NCBI RefSeq assembly: GCF_963921235.1
Contig: NC_086097.1
Coordinates: 158,474,001 to 158,538,000, forward strand
Source of the DNA: Mobula hypostoma
Taxonomy: Eukaryota
Direction of reading: 5' to 3'
Length of the DNA: 64,000 nt
Both the position numbers and the translations under genes were made by a program. The notes beneath the pieces were generated by a model. It was not told where the DNA came from. It searched no databases and was given only the letters and a program-made list of their open reading frames with translations. Within the stretch, counting starts at the first letter, position 1; each line of letters opens with the position of its first letter. Positions 48,579 through 60,812 of this stretch are shown here, one piece after another.

Positions 48579-49348
48579 CTCGGCAGTGTGTGCTTTACGA
48601 GGGTGTAGGTCAAGTGTACGGTGTGGGATGAGGTTAAAATAAATTAGAGCAGCGCATGCTTTATTTACTTGTTATGACAGGTGCATTCATGTAAGTGCCA
48701 ATGGGTCAGTGCGGTCCAGACATTTGGTTCTCACGGTCCGGACCTGGCCTGTGGTTCGCCTATTGGGGTTGTCTGCTGTAAGTGAACTGTTTACGAAAGT
48801 TAGAAAAAAAATAAAATCATCTGCAGGTACCAAGTGTGAAATACATTCTTCTTAGCAGAACAGTGTATACAGGTTTCCCCCGCCATCTGAAGGTGGAGCG
48901 TTCCTATGAAACGGTTTGTAAGCCGGAATGTCATAAAGTGAAGAAGCAATTACCATTTATTTATATGGAAACAATTTGTGAGCGTTCTCAGACCCAAAAA
49001 ATAACCTACCAAATCATGCCAAATAACACATAAAACCTAAAATAACAGTAACATGTAGTAAAAGCAGGAATGATATGATAAATACACAGCCTATATAAGG
49101 TAGAAATACTTTTCTACGATCATTGCCGCATTGTTCTCCGTAGCGAAAATCTCACACAAGTGTTCTCAGCAGAAACACTCTCTCCAGTAACCCTTAAGCT
49201 ATGAAGCTGCCAAATCATACCAATAACACATAAAAATACACAGCCTAAATAATGTATGTATAGTGTAGTATCACTTACCGGAATTGGGACAGCACCGAGC
49301 ACACTGATGATGGTGTGTTAGGCTGAGTCGTCAGAGATTAGGGTTGTG

Positions 49349-49650
49349 CAGTGGTCCCCAACCTCCAGGCAGTGAGCCGATACCGATCTGCGAAGCATGC
49401 AGGGGTACAGCGGTAGCCGGGATGCACCTAATACATCTTTAAGAAAAAAGACGAAATAAACAAGCTAACTAATTAGGTGGCAATCGCCTCTGATCTGGGC
49501 CAACCTTTACGTGCTGGGCGGCACCAAATTAATTAGCTTGTTTATTTTGTTTTTTTTCTTAAAGATGTGCTGGGTGTGTCCCGGCTACTGCTGCATTCTC
49601 CGCGGCAATGTATCGGTCTGCGGCCTGGGTGTTGGGGTGATGGGACACTG
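49349..49650. mobile_element. Palindromic hAT-type MITE nested in the Tigger element
   Basis: Starts CAGTGGTCCCCAACC and ends GTTGGGGTGATGGGACACTG. Long internal inverted arms (ACATCTTTAAGAAAAAAG...AAATAAACAAGCTAA and TTAGCTTGTTTATTT...TTCTTAAAGATGT). TSD only partial. Confidence 0.65.
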
Positions 49651-51338
49651 GGGTGTCGTCTGTTTCCATCAGGGCAGGCAGGTCATCTTCTTTTATGTCT
49701 GCCTGCCTCGATGTCGAAGGTCGAGGTTCGTCGTCTGCTGTGGCTGATGTGGAAGGCTTGCTTGACTGCTGAGTCTCGCGCATTTTTTTTATCATACAGT
49801 TCTTTGTAATCACTCAAACCATCCTGCAAATATGCCCTAAACCGATGTACCCTTTCAAAATTAAAGTCGTACTTTTCTGCAATCATTGCAGTGAAAATCT
49901 CACGCAGTTGCTTCACATTCAGTTCCTGGACGACTTCACTTTTGGTCCGCTCGCTACTGCATTTGGTTTCAATTGTTATCCTTCCCTCTTTCAATTGCAT
50001 CAGCTCTTCATCTATCAGTTCTTGGTCATGGGATGCCGAAACCTCTTCAACATCATCTTTAAAGTTGCTGGTGAATGCAGCAGGCCAGGCAGCATCTAGG
50101 AAGAGGTACAGTCGACGTTTCGGGCCGAGACCCTTTGTCAGGACTAACTGAAGGAACAGCTAGTAAGAGATTTGAAAGTGGTTGGCGGGGGGAGGGGGGG
50201 AGATCAAAAACGATAGGATAAGACAGGAGGGGGAGGGATGGAGCCCAGAGCTGGACAGGTGATTGGCAAAAGGGATATGAGAGGATCATGGGACAGGAGG
50301 CCCAGGGAGAAGGAAAAGGGGGAGTGGGGGGAAAAAAACCCAGAGGATGGGCAAGGGGTATAGTCAGAGGGACAGAGGGAGAAAAAGGAGAGAGAGAGAA
50401 AGAATATGTGTATATAAATAAATAACGGATGGGGTACGGGGGGAGGCGGGGCATTAGCGGAAGTTAGAGAAGTCAATGTTCATGCCATCAGGTTGGAGGC
50501 TACCCAGACGGAATATAAGATGTTGTTTCTCCAACGTGAGTGTAGCTTCATCTTTACAGTAGAGGAAACCGTGGATAGACATATCAGAATGGGAATGGGA
50601 TGTGCAATTAAAATGTGTGGCCACTGGGAGATCCTGCTTTCTCTGGCGGACAGAGCATAGCTGTTGAGCAAAACGATCTCCCAGTCTGCGTCAGGTCTCG
50701 CCAATATATAGAAGGCCACATTGAGTGCACCGGATGCAGTATATCACCCCAGCTGACTCACAGGTGAAGTGTCGCCTCACCTGGAAGGACTGTCTGGGGC
50801 CCTGAATTCAGCAAAATGATCTCCCAGTCTGTGTCGGGTCTCGCCAATATATAGAAGGCCACATCAGGAGCACCGGACGCAGTATATCACCCCAGCCGAC
50901 CCAATATATAGAAGGCCACATTGGGAAGCCTCCTTTTTTAAAGAAAGGGGCTTCCCTTCCTCCACCATCAACTCTGCTCACAAATGCATCTCCCCCATTT
51001 CACGCACACCTGCTCTCACTCCATCCTCCCGTTGCCCCACTAGGAATAGCTTTCCCCTGGTCCTCACCTACCACCCCACCAGCCGCAGGGTCCAACATAT
51101 TATTCTCCGTAACTTCCACCACCTCCAACGGGATCCCACCACTAAGCACATCTTTCCCTCCCCCCCCCCCCGCTTTCCGCAGGGATCGCTCCCTACACGA
51201 CTCCCTTGTCCATTCGTCCCCCCATCCCTCCCTACTGATCTCTCTCCTGGCACTTATCCTTGTAAGCGGAACAAGTGCTACACATGCCCTTACACTTCCT
51301 CCCTTACCACCATTCAGGGCCCCAGACAGTCCTTCCAG

Positions 51339-51671
51339 GTGAGGCGACACTTCACCTGTGAGTTGGCTGGGGTGATATACTGCGTCCGGTGCTCCCGATA
51401 TGGCCTTCTATATATTGGCGAGACCCGACGCAGACTGGGAGACCGCTTTGCTGAACACCTACGCCCTGTCTGCCAGAGAAAGCAGGATCTCCCAGTGGCC
51501 ACACATTTTAATTCCACATCCCATTCCCATTCCCATTCTGATATGTCTATCCACGGTCTCCTCTACTGTAAAGATGAAGCCACAGTCAGGTTGGAGGAAC
51601 AACACCTTATATTCCGTCTGGGTAGCCTCCAACCTGATGGCATGAACATTGACTGCTCTAACTTCCGCTAA
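51339..51671 (+). pseudogene. Penelope GIY-YIG endonuclease domain (C-terminus of a truncated ORF)
   Basis: GVIYCVRCSRYGLLYIGETRRRLGDRFAEH...VATHF...LEEQHLIFRLGSLQPDGMN. Confidence 0.95.
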
Positions 51672-51964
51672 TGCCCCACCTCCCCCTTGTACCCCATCCG
51701 TTATTTATTTACATACACACATACTTTCTCTCTCTCTCATTTTTCTCCCTCTGTCCCTCTGACTATACCCCTTGCCCATCCTCTGGGTTTTTCTCCCCCT
51801 TGTCTTTCTTCCCAGACATCCTGTCCCATGTTCCTCTCATATCCCCTTTGCCAATCACCTGCCCAGCTCTTGGCTCCATCCCTCCCCCTCCTGTCTTCTC
51901 CTATCATTTTGGATCTCCCCCTCCCTCTCCCACTTTCAAATCTCTTTCTAGCTCTTCCTTCAGT

Positions 51965-52002
51965 TAGTCCTGACGAAGGGTCTCGGCCCGAAACGTCGAC
52001 TG
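51965..52002 (+). ncRNA. Minimal type I hammerhead ribozyme motif in the Penelope pLTR
   Basis: UAGUC-CUGACGA-A-GGGU(CUCG)GCCC-GAAA-CGUC-GACUG. Predicted cleavage 3' of C51997. Confidence 0.8.
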
Positions 52003-53849
52003 TACCTCTTCCTAGAGATGCTGCCTGGTCTGCTGCGTTCACCAGCAACTTTGATGTGTGTTGCTTGAATTTCCAGCATCTGCAGCATTCCTCGTGTCAA
52101 CATCATCTTTGTCAGCTTCCACAAGCCAAACTCACTTTGTCCTTACTTCGTTCACCACGATTGAAACGGTTAATTATGTCTAGTTTTACCCTAAGTGTAA
52201 CACCCTTACGAGCTCTTTTAGGCTTTTCCGATACCGTAGAACTCGTCCCGCTAACGGTTGCTCACAGGCACGTGTTTAAGCAATGCCGGCGAGAATGCAG
52301 TTCCGGGGGAGAAGCTTGGCTGCTCGGGGCACTTTTATCCTTTTATCCTTTTAGGCCTTGTATCGCGCACTGCCTTTTTTCATAACCATGAAAACACCTA
52401 CTGTTAGCAAAAACAGGTAGGTCTTTCATAACAGCGAGGTTTCGTAAAGCGAACGTTTGAAAAGTTGGGGACACCTGTAGAATAGTGGTATAGTGTATAG
52501 AACAGAGGTATAGAATAGTGTGTGTAATAATGAAAGTACTGAATGCTTTATAGCAGATGAGAAACTCATTTTATGTTCAATTGTCGAAGCATAATTTGAA
52601 CATGTTTTGCCCTTGTTTGATAAAGAATACATTTGCTAAAGCTTCAGCACAAACCACGTTACCACATTCATTGCTGCCCTCATAAGCACAGAGTACATTA
52701 AAAGAGAGGCTAACTTTGTTGTTATCTAATTTATAAAGCACATAAGCATTCTGAAACAAGAAAATTCCACTGGGATCAATGTGTCCATTCCTTGTTCATT
52801 GAACAGGCTATCTACGAGCTTTCCTACTACATCTTCCCATCTATTCTCTCAAGAAATGTAACCATTTGTCTTTCAAACTGTTTCACAACTGTCCTCGTTC
52901 CACAAGGTATAGATGATGTGATTAAAGAAAATGAGTTGTTTTTCCCCAAACGATGAACGAACTAAAATGCATAGAGTGGTTTCTCTCATCCATTATCTTG
53001 TGCACACAGGCATTTTTGATTGGTACAGATCCACTTCCCTCTCCTTCCTTGCTCTTAGTGTTATAGTATATTCAATGAAGATGTGGTAACGTAATCTTGA
53101 TTTTTCTCCCAAAGCTGTTATTGTTATGAAACCATAGCCTTCTGCTTTATTATTGGCCAGCTAAGCTATACTTTGAAATGGACAAACATTTATCTTGACA
53201 CTAGTATCCATCTGCCTTACAATTTCTGTGTACGCCTCAAGATCTAAGTGTTAGTTTTAAAGAAAGCAAAACCTTCCCAGTTTAATTTCAGCAGTGCAGC
53301 AAAACCAGTAAGAGCACATCCAATTATTTTGGTTGATCTATTGATCTGCGTTGCTGTATTTAATACTTTCCACTGGCTGCATCAATGATAATAAAAACCG
53401 GGAGGTTTTTCTCTACAGCATATCCCTCTATATGATACCGGCTCTAGTTGTTATAAATGCTTGAGGACTTACAGTTTAAAACTGAACTGAAAGGTCATAA
53501 GTAGTAGTTGTCTTTGTGCAATATGATGAGCAGGGTGTGCTGGGATTAACACATTGAAACTTCACACCATTACTATTTTCTGTGTGTAGTATATTCACCT
53601 ATTAGCAGGGAGTTGATAGATGCGACTGCTGACAAAATGAAAGGGACTGCAAGGCTGCTGGTGCAGTATTCCACCTACTGTCTTGCTTCATTGCTCATTA
53701 AATATCGCTGAAGGAAACCCATCTGTGTCTGTGTTTTAAGTGTATTGATTACAAAGTGTATTTATGTAACTGGTCCAACGTGATGATAACTCTCGTGGCA
53801 GATGTTGGAAGGTAATTTGGAAGAAGAGGGTAAATAGTTGGAAAGGTTA

Positions 53850-54360
53850 AGGTAGGAATTTCTCAACCAATGACTGTAGCTGTTGAAGACTGTGATAGTG
53901 CGCTCCTTGTGATAAAGACAAATAATGGAATTGAGCAGGTTCATTGAACAATGTAGTGTTGGAGGTCTTTACAGGCAGAGGGAGTTGCAAGCCTATAAAG
54001 GAACTTGAAAGTATGGACAAGAATTTTGAAAATAAAGCATTGTCTTCTTAGAAACTCTTCTAGGTCATCAGGCCGGGAGAGATGTGTGATTGTAACTTGC
54101 TCTGGGTTAGGACATAGACAGCAAAACTTTTGGTTAACTTCAAGAGGATAGGAGGTAGGAGATTGACAAAGAATGTGGAGGAAGCAAACAAAGCAGTAGA
54201 TCAGTAGTAGATCAGCTAAAGCAGAAGAGAGGTTCATGAAGTTACATTGTAGGAAGTTGGCGGTTCAAGTATTGAGGCTGTTCACAAGCTCATTGTGGTT
54301 TCAGATCCAACATCATTCTTGCAAACCACCTACTTCCACCTCAGAAATACCAGGCAATTA
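53850..54360 (-). mobile_element. Old L2-like LINE C-terminal fragment
   Basis: FKILVHTFKFLYRLATP in ORF 53941-54237 resembles the L2 motif FKIL.LTFK.L.GLAP. Confidence 0.55.
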
Positions 54361-54529
54361 ATGTCTCTCCATTAAGTTGTCAGACTTTTGGGATATAGGA
54401 TATGACATTAATGATTATGGTGAAGTGAGATTTCTTCAACCCAGAAGAAAATTTCTGTTCTCCCACTTTTTGACGTTGGCCACATAGTCAGAAACGATTG
54501 TGAAGATGTTAAAAGAGTTGACCATTTGC

Positions 54530-55075
54530 TAAGATGTATCTACAGTACTCAAAGCCTTTTGCAATAAAGACCAATACACGCAACACACACAAAAACTGCT
54601 GGTGAACGCAGCAGGCCAAGCAGCATCTATAGGAAGAAGTACAGTCGACGTTTCGGGCCTGGACCCTAGGGTAAAATTGTGGAACTCTTTTCTGGAACTT
54701 TTATCAAAGATGATATTGAAATCAAAATACAGCACATCCACCAATTTTCCCTGATCTTTTAGAGACCTAGAGAGGTACTGCACAGAAACAGGCCCTTTGG
54801 CCCATCTCGTCAATGATGAACCATTTAAACTGCCTACTGCCATCAACTTGCACTGGGAGCATAGCCCTCCATATCCCTACTATCCATGTACCTATCCAAA
54901 CTTCTCTGAAACATTGAAATCAACCTCGCACCGGTGACATCCACAAAATGCTCAAGCTGGTTTGTTAAACACAATTCTCTTCACAAGTACATGCTAATTT
55001 TGCCAAATCCCATTTTTAAGTGTCCTTGAATCGCATCCTTTATAATATGCCTTGTAATTTCCCTAGCTTTGGATA
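54530..55075 (-). mobile_element. Composite: CR1 RT fragment carrying a Penelope pLTR end (54580-54668) and a CR1 tail (54765-54930)
   Basis: DQGKLVDVLYFDF..FDK. The pLTR piece matches 11088-11165 but is cut off before the CUGANGA core. GTACTGCACAGAAACAGGCCC is a CR1 tail. Confidence 0.75.
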
Positions 55076-56231
55076 TTTTCATCTCATTAGTATTCCTGAA
55101 GAAAAGGACACACATACATAAAACATATCATAATTTGATTTCTGTGATGCCTGTCAAAGAACTTGATGTGGACAACCGTATACTTGCCCAAGATTTTAAA
55201 AAAAGTTTGAAAGAGCACAACTGGACTACTGTATAAAATAAAGGATAACAACTGCAGGAGATGGAGTTTATTTCAATATTTTACATTTCATTGGCTAAAG
55301 GCTAGAAAGATTAATAACCCAGCTGAAGCAATGTTGTTTGATTAGTGAGGTTATTGTGTGACTGGCAGTTCCTATTAAAATGTTAAAATCTTGGAAGAAG
55401 AGTTTTTTTTCCAGGAGAGAGAGAAAGAGAGAATTCCTGCTGTTTAAAATGAGAGATTCTGCAGTCCATCTGCAACTATAGAAAAGAAAATCTAAATCAA
55501 TTTGAAGTTGCTGTCCAAATTTAGTGGATTCCCATAGTTTTAGGAAAAGCAACTTTTGGATATTGGGCTGGCATAGACTTATAATTGCCCCCTTCCTATT
55601 GTGCTGTTCTGCTACATCTCCTGTTCTGACAGTGAAGAGTCTAAAATTAGTTAAAGGCAAACTGTCAGCTTCAAATGGGCATTTCACTCTAGCTATCTGG
55701 GCTCCCTGAAACAGTATAGCTGTCTCACCATGGTGGGAATTGTTTGGAATTATTGGGAACAGGAGTGTGAAGAGTTTGGATTGTTCCTGTGGAGCCAAGA
55801 AGAGCAAACATACTCTTTCACAACTCCATTAAAAAAACCTTAAAAACTTTCCAGGGTGTTTGTAGAATGCGTGTTCTGAAAAGTTCTGTGTTACAGCTTT
55901 TGAATTACCTAATTAAAGCTGACAGCCTGAAACCGTGCCCTAACTTTCATTCTAAATTTGACTTAATGAAGCAATTTAACATTGACATATAGTTACCAAT
56001 AGTTGGAAACCTGTAAGAATGGTGATAATCTGAGCAACAGTTTTATTTCATTGATTGGTTGACTAGAACACCTGGAGGCGATTTCTTACTGTACTGACAC
56101 TAGGTTCAGTGTCTGGTAGCCTGTCCCACGAAGAAACAAAGACAGAATTTAGACATCAACAGAACAACGATTTCTGTTTAAAAGTATCACTAGATAAACA
56201 TATTTTCAAACAAAAGCGGGTAAAAATATTA

Positions 56232-56580
56232 AGCAACACAAACAAAATGCTGCAGGAACTCAGCAGGTCAGGCAGCATCTATGGCAATGAATAAACTATT
56301 GATCTTTCAGGCCAAGACCCTTTTTCAGGACTGAGAAGGAAGAGGCGCTGGAATAAAAATGTAGGAGGAGGGGAAGGAGACTAGCTGGAAAATGATAGGT
56401 GAAGCCAGGTGGGTGGGAAAGGTCAGGGCTGGAGAAGAAAGAATCTGATTGGAGAGGAGAGTGGGTCAGAGGAGAAAAGAAAGGAGGAGGGGACAGAGGA
56501 GGAAGGTGATAAGTGGGCAAGAAGAGGTAAATGGCCAGAGTGGGGAACAGAGGAAAAGGGGAATGGAAGGGAAAAATATG
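56232..56580 (-). mobile_element. Penelope pLTR fragment
   Basis: GCAACACAAACAAAATGCTGCAGGAACTCAGCAGGTCAGGCAGCATC plus a purine-rich body, as at 37508-37860. Confidence 0.85.
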
Positions 56581-57371
56581 AAACTGTTTCTGGCGTAATA
56601 TATGTATCTACTTCTTCTATTGCAATAACTCTTCCTAACACTATTTATTGGCTGATAGCTTAAAAGTGCATTCATCTGTTGTTTCCCCCCTCCCCTCCCC
56701 TGTTATTCTCTGTTCCACGTGCGTGCTGTTATTTAATTGAAATGTTGTGATATAGACACAACAAATTGGTGGCGAGTATGAACCTGAATATCAGCGAATA
56801 TCAGTAACTGCACAGACAGTTATGAGGTGCCAGAATTTGGAGGAAGGCAGAGAAACAGCCAGAGGAAAGAATGAACCAGTACGGTGATGGAGAAGGCTGT
56901 TACATACACTAACAAAGGGATGCTTGAGTGCAGCGCATGGTACAGGAAGGACACACAACTAGCAAAGCTAAAGTGAAAATAACATGACAATGGCCTTCTT
57001 CGGGAAAGTTGACGAATGTGATAGTGCTAATGAAAACTGGAACTTGTACATCTAGGGGGTTGAACTGTATTATAACGCGAAAGACATGGAAGGAAAAGAA
57101 AGCCTCTACGCTTCGTAGCATAATGGGTGCTAAAAGGTACAGGCTGTTACACAACTTAGTAACTCCTGAAAAGCCGGCAAACAAGATGTGCGACAAAATT
57201 GTTGCAATTTTACAAAATCACTTGAGCCCTAAACTGCTAGTAATAGCAAAGAGATTTAGATTTCACAAAAGGAACTAATCAAAGGATGAAAGCATTTCTG
57301 AACTGCGCAAAACTATCTCAATACTGTGACTTTGGAGATGGACTCACTAATGCATTAAAGGGCAGGCTTGG

Positions 57372-57475
57372 ATCAAGTCAAGTCAAGTCAAGTCACTTTT
57401 TATTGTCATTTCGACCATAACTATTGGTACAGTACACAGTAAAAACGAGGCAACGTTTTTCAGGACCATGGTGCT
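57372..57475 (-). mobile_element. Short Rex1-type 3' tail with (ACTTG)n, inserted in gag
   Basis: TCAAG tandem run followed by TTTATTGTCATTT, the reverse complement of AAATGACAATAAA. Confidence 0.7.
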
Positions 57476-57847
57476 GAAAATGGCATGCATAGTCAAAAGC
57501 ATTCAAAAGAGGCTACTGTGAGAAAGAGACCTAGACTTAGCATGGGCATTGACCGACACAATATCCTTAGAGCTGCAGCAAAGGATGCGACAAAACTACA
57601 AAAAAAAGAATTTAGAATATGAAATGCACAAAATCTCCCCGAATAGTGCAAAAAGTCAAAAATATTATCAAAGTGGCAAATCCTCCCATGGTGCAAATGA
57701 TTGTTGTGCCAAAGAAAAAGTTTGCATTAAGTGTCACAGACAAGGCCACAGAGAGAATGTGTAAGTCAGATAAAAACATAACCAAAGAGAAAAAACACAG
57801 AGTGAAAACAGAAAATGAAACAAATGCATAAAGTGACTGAATGTGAA

Positions 57848-58376
57848 ACTGGAGTACTTGGAGTACTGTGTTCAGTTCTGGTCATCTCACTACAGCAGGA
57901 AGAGAGTTCAGAGGAGATTTTAAAGGATGTTGCCTGGATTGGAGGGCATACCTTATGAGAGTAGGTTGAGTGAACTTGGTCTTTTCTCCATGGAGTGATG
58001 GAGGATGAGAGGTGGCCTGATGAAGGTTTATAAGCTGATGAGAGGCATTGATAGCCAGAGGCTTTTTTCCAGGGCTGATATGGCTAACATGAGAGGACAT
58101 AGATTTAAGGTGCTTGGAAATGGGTACCCAGAGGATGTCAGGGGTAAGTTTTCTCACACGGAGAGTGGCGGGTGCATGGTGTGCACTGCCGGCAGTGGTG
58201 GTGGAAGCGGATACAATAGGGTCTTTTAAGACCCTCTTAGATAGGTACATGGAGCTTAGAAAAATAGAGGGCTATGTACGAGGGAAAATCTAGGCACTTT
58301 CTAGAGTAGGTTAGATGGTCGGTATAAACATTGTGGGCCGAAGGACCTGTAATGTGCTGTAGATTTCTATATTCTA
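57848..58376 (+). mobile_element. CR1 3' fragment inserted between gag and protease
   Basis: LEYCVQFWSSHY and ORF 58005-58229. Tail GTGCTGTAGATTTCTATATTCTATG. Confidence 0.9.
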
Positions 58377-60018
58377 TGAATCAGCCAACACAGAGTCTGA
58401 CAAAGGTGAGTTGTCATGCCTAGAACTGCATAGTATTATTGAAGCAGATCATGAAATCACCTGGATAACAATAGATGTGTCTTGTGTAAAACTAAAATTG
58501 GAACTGGATATAGGGTCAGCTTTGTCTGTAATTTCTGAGGCTGACTCCAACAGATATTTTCTAGGCTGCTATCAGAAAAGACTTCAGTGATGTTAAAGAT
58601 CTACACAGGCAAAAAAGTGTCTCCCAAGGGCAAACTGAATGTAAACGTGAAGTATGGAGGCAAAACACAGCAGTTAGAGTTTTATATGTTGAAAAGCGGA
58701 GGGCCAGCACTTTCTGGAAGTAAATGGTTGAGAAAAGTCCTACTAGGCTGACACACAATCAAAGTCTCAATGTGTCATCAACAGGCAGTTGCAGCTCAAA
58801 CAGTCGCACATGAAGGCCAGAATTGAACTGTATGAAGGGACAACACCACAATTCCATAAAGCACATCGAGTGCCATACGTACACCATCACAAAGTGGGTG
58901 CTGAACTTCAGTGCTTGCAGGCATCTGACATTCTCTCCAAAGTTGAGTGGAGTGATTGGGCCAGGCCCATTGTCCTGGTGATCAAGAAAGGGAAGGCTGG
59001 AGCAGTTTGCTATACGGGGACTTCAAAGTGAGTATCAACCCAGTGCTGCATACTGTGCAGTATCCCCTGCCACAAATAGAAAACGTTTTTGCACCTTTGG
59101 CAGGCGGGAAGAGGTTTTCAAAGATTGACTTATCACAAGCCTATCTGCAAAAGGAGATTGAGGAGTCAAGCAGGAAGTTCCTCACAATCAACAGTCTCAA
59201 AGGACTGTTCCAGTACAATCGTCTCATCTTTGGCATCGCATCAGCTCCAGCACTTTCACAAAGGGCAATGGACCATGTGCACCAAGATATGCCAGGAACA
59301 CAATGTTACCTTGATGACATCATTGTGACTGGCAAGAATGATGAAGAGCACCTCCAGAACCTTGATGAAGTGTTTAACAGGCTAAGTGAGTATGGTTTGC
59401 ATGCAGCGTGGGAGAAATGTGAGTTTTTCAAGAATGAAATCTTGTACTGTGGACATGTAATTGACAAGCATGGCTTACATAAATCACAATAGAAGATTGA
59501 AGCAGTGCTGCAGACACCCAGACTGGAAAATGTGACACAACTCAGGTCATACTTGGGCCTAGTAAACTGCTACCACAGATTTCTCATAAATCTTGCCACA
59601 GTGCTGTACCCATTGAATGCACTTTTACAGACGGGAGCAAAATTGGAATGATCAGAAAGATGTGAAAGAGCATGCAAGGAAATAAAGAGCCTATTAACAT
59701 CAGATGATCTGCTCACCTATTATGACTCATCTCTGCCCATCAGACTAGTGTGCAATGCGTTCCTTTATGGCATTGGTGCCATTTTGTCACATGCTATGAA
59801 AGATGGATCCGAACTTCTGATTGCATTTGCATCAACGTCACTGATGAGCGCAGGACTCGTCTATGCACAGGTCAACTGAGAGGCCCTTAGTCTAGTATGA
59901 GGAATAGAGAAGTTCCACCATGACCTGCACAGACAAAATTTTACTCGAGTGACAGAACATCAGCCCTTTGTGCATATTTTCAATCTCAGGAATGGAATCC
60001 CAGTGATGTCTGCTACTC

Positions 60019-60812
60019 AAAGGTTTCAAAGCTTTCAAAGGTACAATTTAATGTCAGAGAAATGTATACAATATACATCCTGAAATACTTTTTCTTCGCA
60101 ACCATCCACGAAAACAGAGGAGTGCCGCAATAAATGAATGATAGTCAAATGTTAGAAGCCAGAAGTCCCCCCACAGCTCCCACCTCCCAAGCGTAAGCGG
60201 CAGCAAGCATCAATCCCGCCCCCCCACTGGCAAAAAAAAGCATTGACACCTGCCACCGAGCACTCAAGCGTGAGCAAAGCAACAGCAGAGACACAGACTT
60301 GCAGTTACCCCAAAGACTTCGCATTTCACCTGGTATACGACATACCACAGGCTCTCTCTCTCCCTAATAAGGGAGAAAGAGGTGTCTCCATTTTCCCAGT
60401 GAGCGGGGAGACATTACAAACAACTGTCAGTTTACAACGTTAAAAGTCCGCCAGGTCGCTTTTTTCAAGCTCTGTACCCAAAAGACTGGACACACAGATA
60501 TTCCAACTCTCCCGACGATGGGTCTCCTGTCATGACACTGACCCTCAATTCGCCCATCTCCAGAGCCCCGAGATCCTAGGCTTCCAAATCCGAGCCAGAC
60601 TCTTAGGCCGAGCCATTGGTGTGCCGAATAATAATGGCTGGTTATGAAACCCCAAGAGCCGGTCCCATTCCCGCTAAGAACCGTAGTCAGCATGTAACTC
60701 CAAGTCAGGGTCTTCAAAAGAACCCTGAAATGGAAAAATAAAGATATTAAAGATGGAAATAGAGCTGCTTCTGAAGACGGAAGCAAAGGAGTCGCCATTT
60801 AGCACCGTCATG
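60019..60812 (-). mobile_element. Non-coding CpG-rich retroposon inserted in Gypsy RNase H
   Basis: Flanked by ACTC (60015-60018, 60813-60816). Gypsy IPVMSA.R...DGLSRLP is collinear across it. Repeated TTTGAAA-type tail on the minus strand. Confidence 0.7.

Larger units (their letters stand above)
46119..48775 (-). mobile_element. hAT (Charlie/SPIN-like) DNA transposon
   Basis: Perfect 8-bp TSD CTGTAAGT (46111-46118, 48776-48783). Imperfect TIRs CAGGGTTCCCCAAT and CAGACAACCCCAAT. Internal transposase. Confidence 0.95.
50061..52096. mobile_element. Penelope-like insertion: two 5'-truncated copies in inverted orientation
   Basis: Minus copy at 50061-~50806, plus copy at ~50927-52096. 14-bp TSD TCAACATCATCTTT (50047-50060, 52097-52110). 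Removing it restores the Tigger peptide DKDDVEEV. Confidence 0.95.
48870..52477 (-). mobile_element. Internally deleted Tigger/pogo transposon with nested insertions
   Basis: TA-CAGGTTTCCCC ... GGGGACACCTG-TA. Minus strand encodes N-terminal KRARKGVTLRVKLDIINRFNRGER (~52145-52220) joined to C-terminal VEADKDDVEEVSASHDQELIDEELMQL...YKELYDKK. No DDE core. Confidence 0.9.

Noticed and set aside
51687..52385. 232-aa Pro/Ser/Leu-rich ORF
   Set aside because: Chance open frame across the pLTR and the antisense strand of Tigger sequence.
55295..55807. 170-aa ORF in unique sequence
   Set aside because: No recognisable domain or splice context, and the composition fits non-coding DNA.
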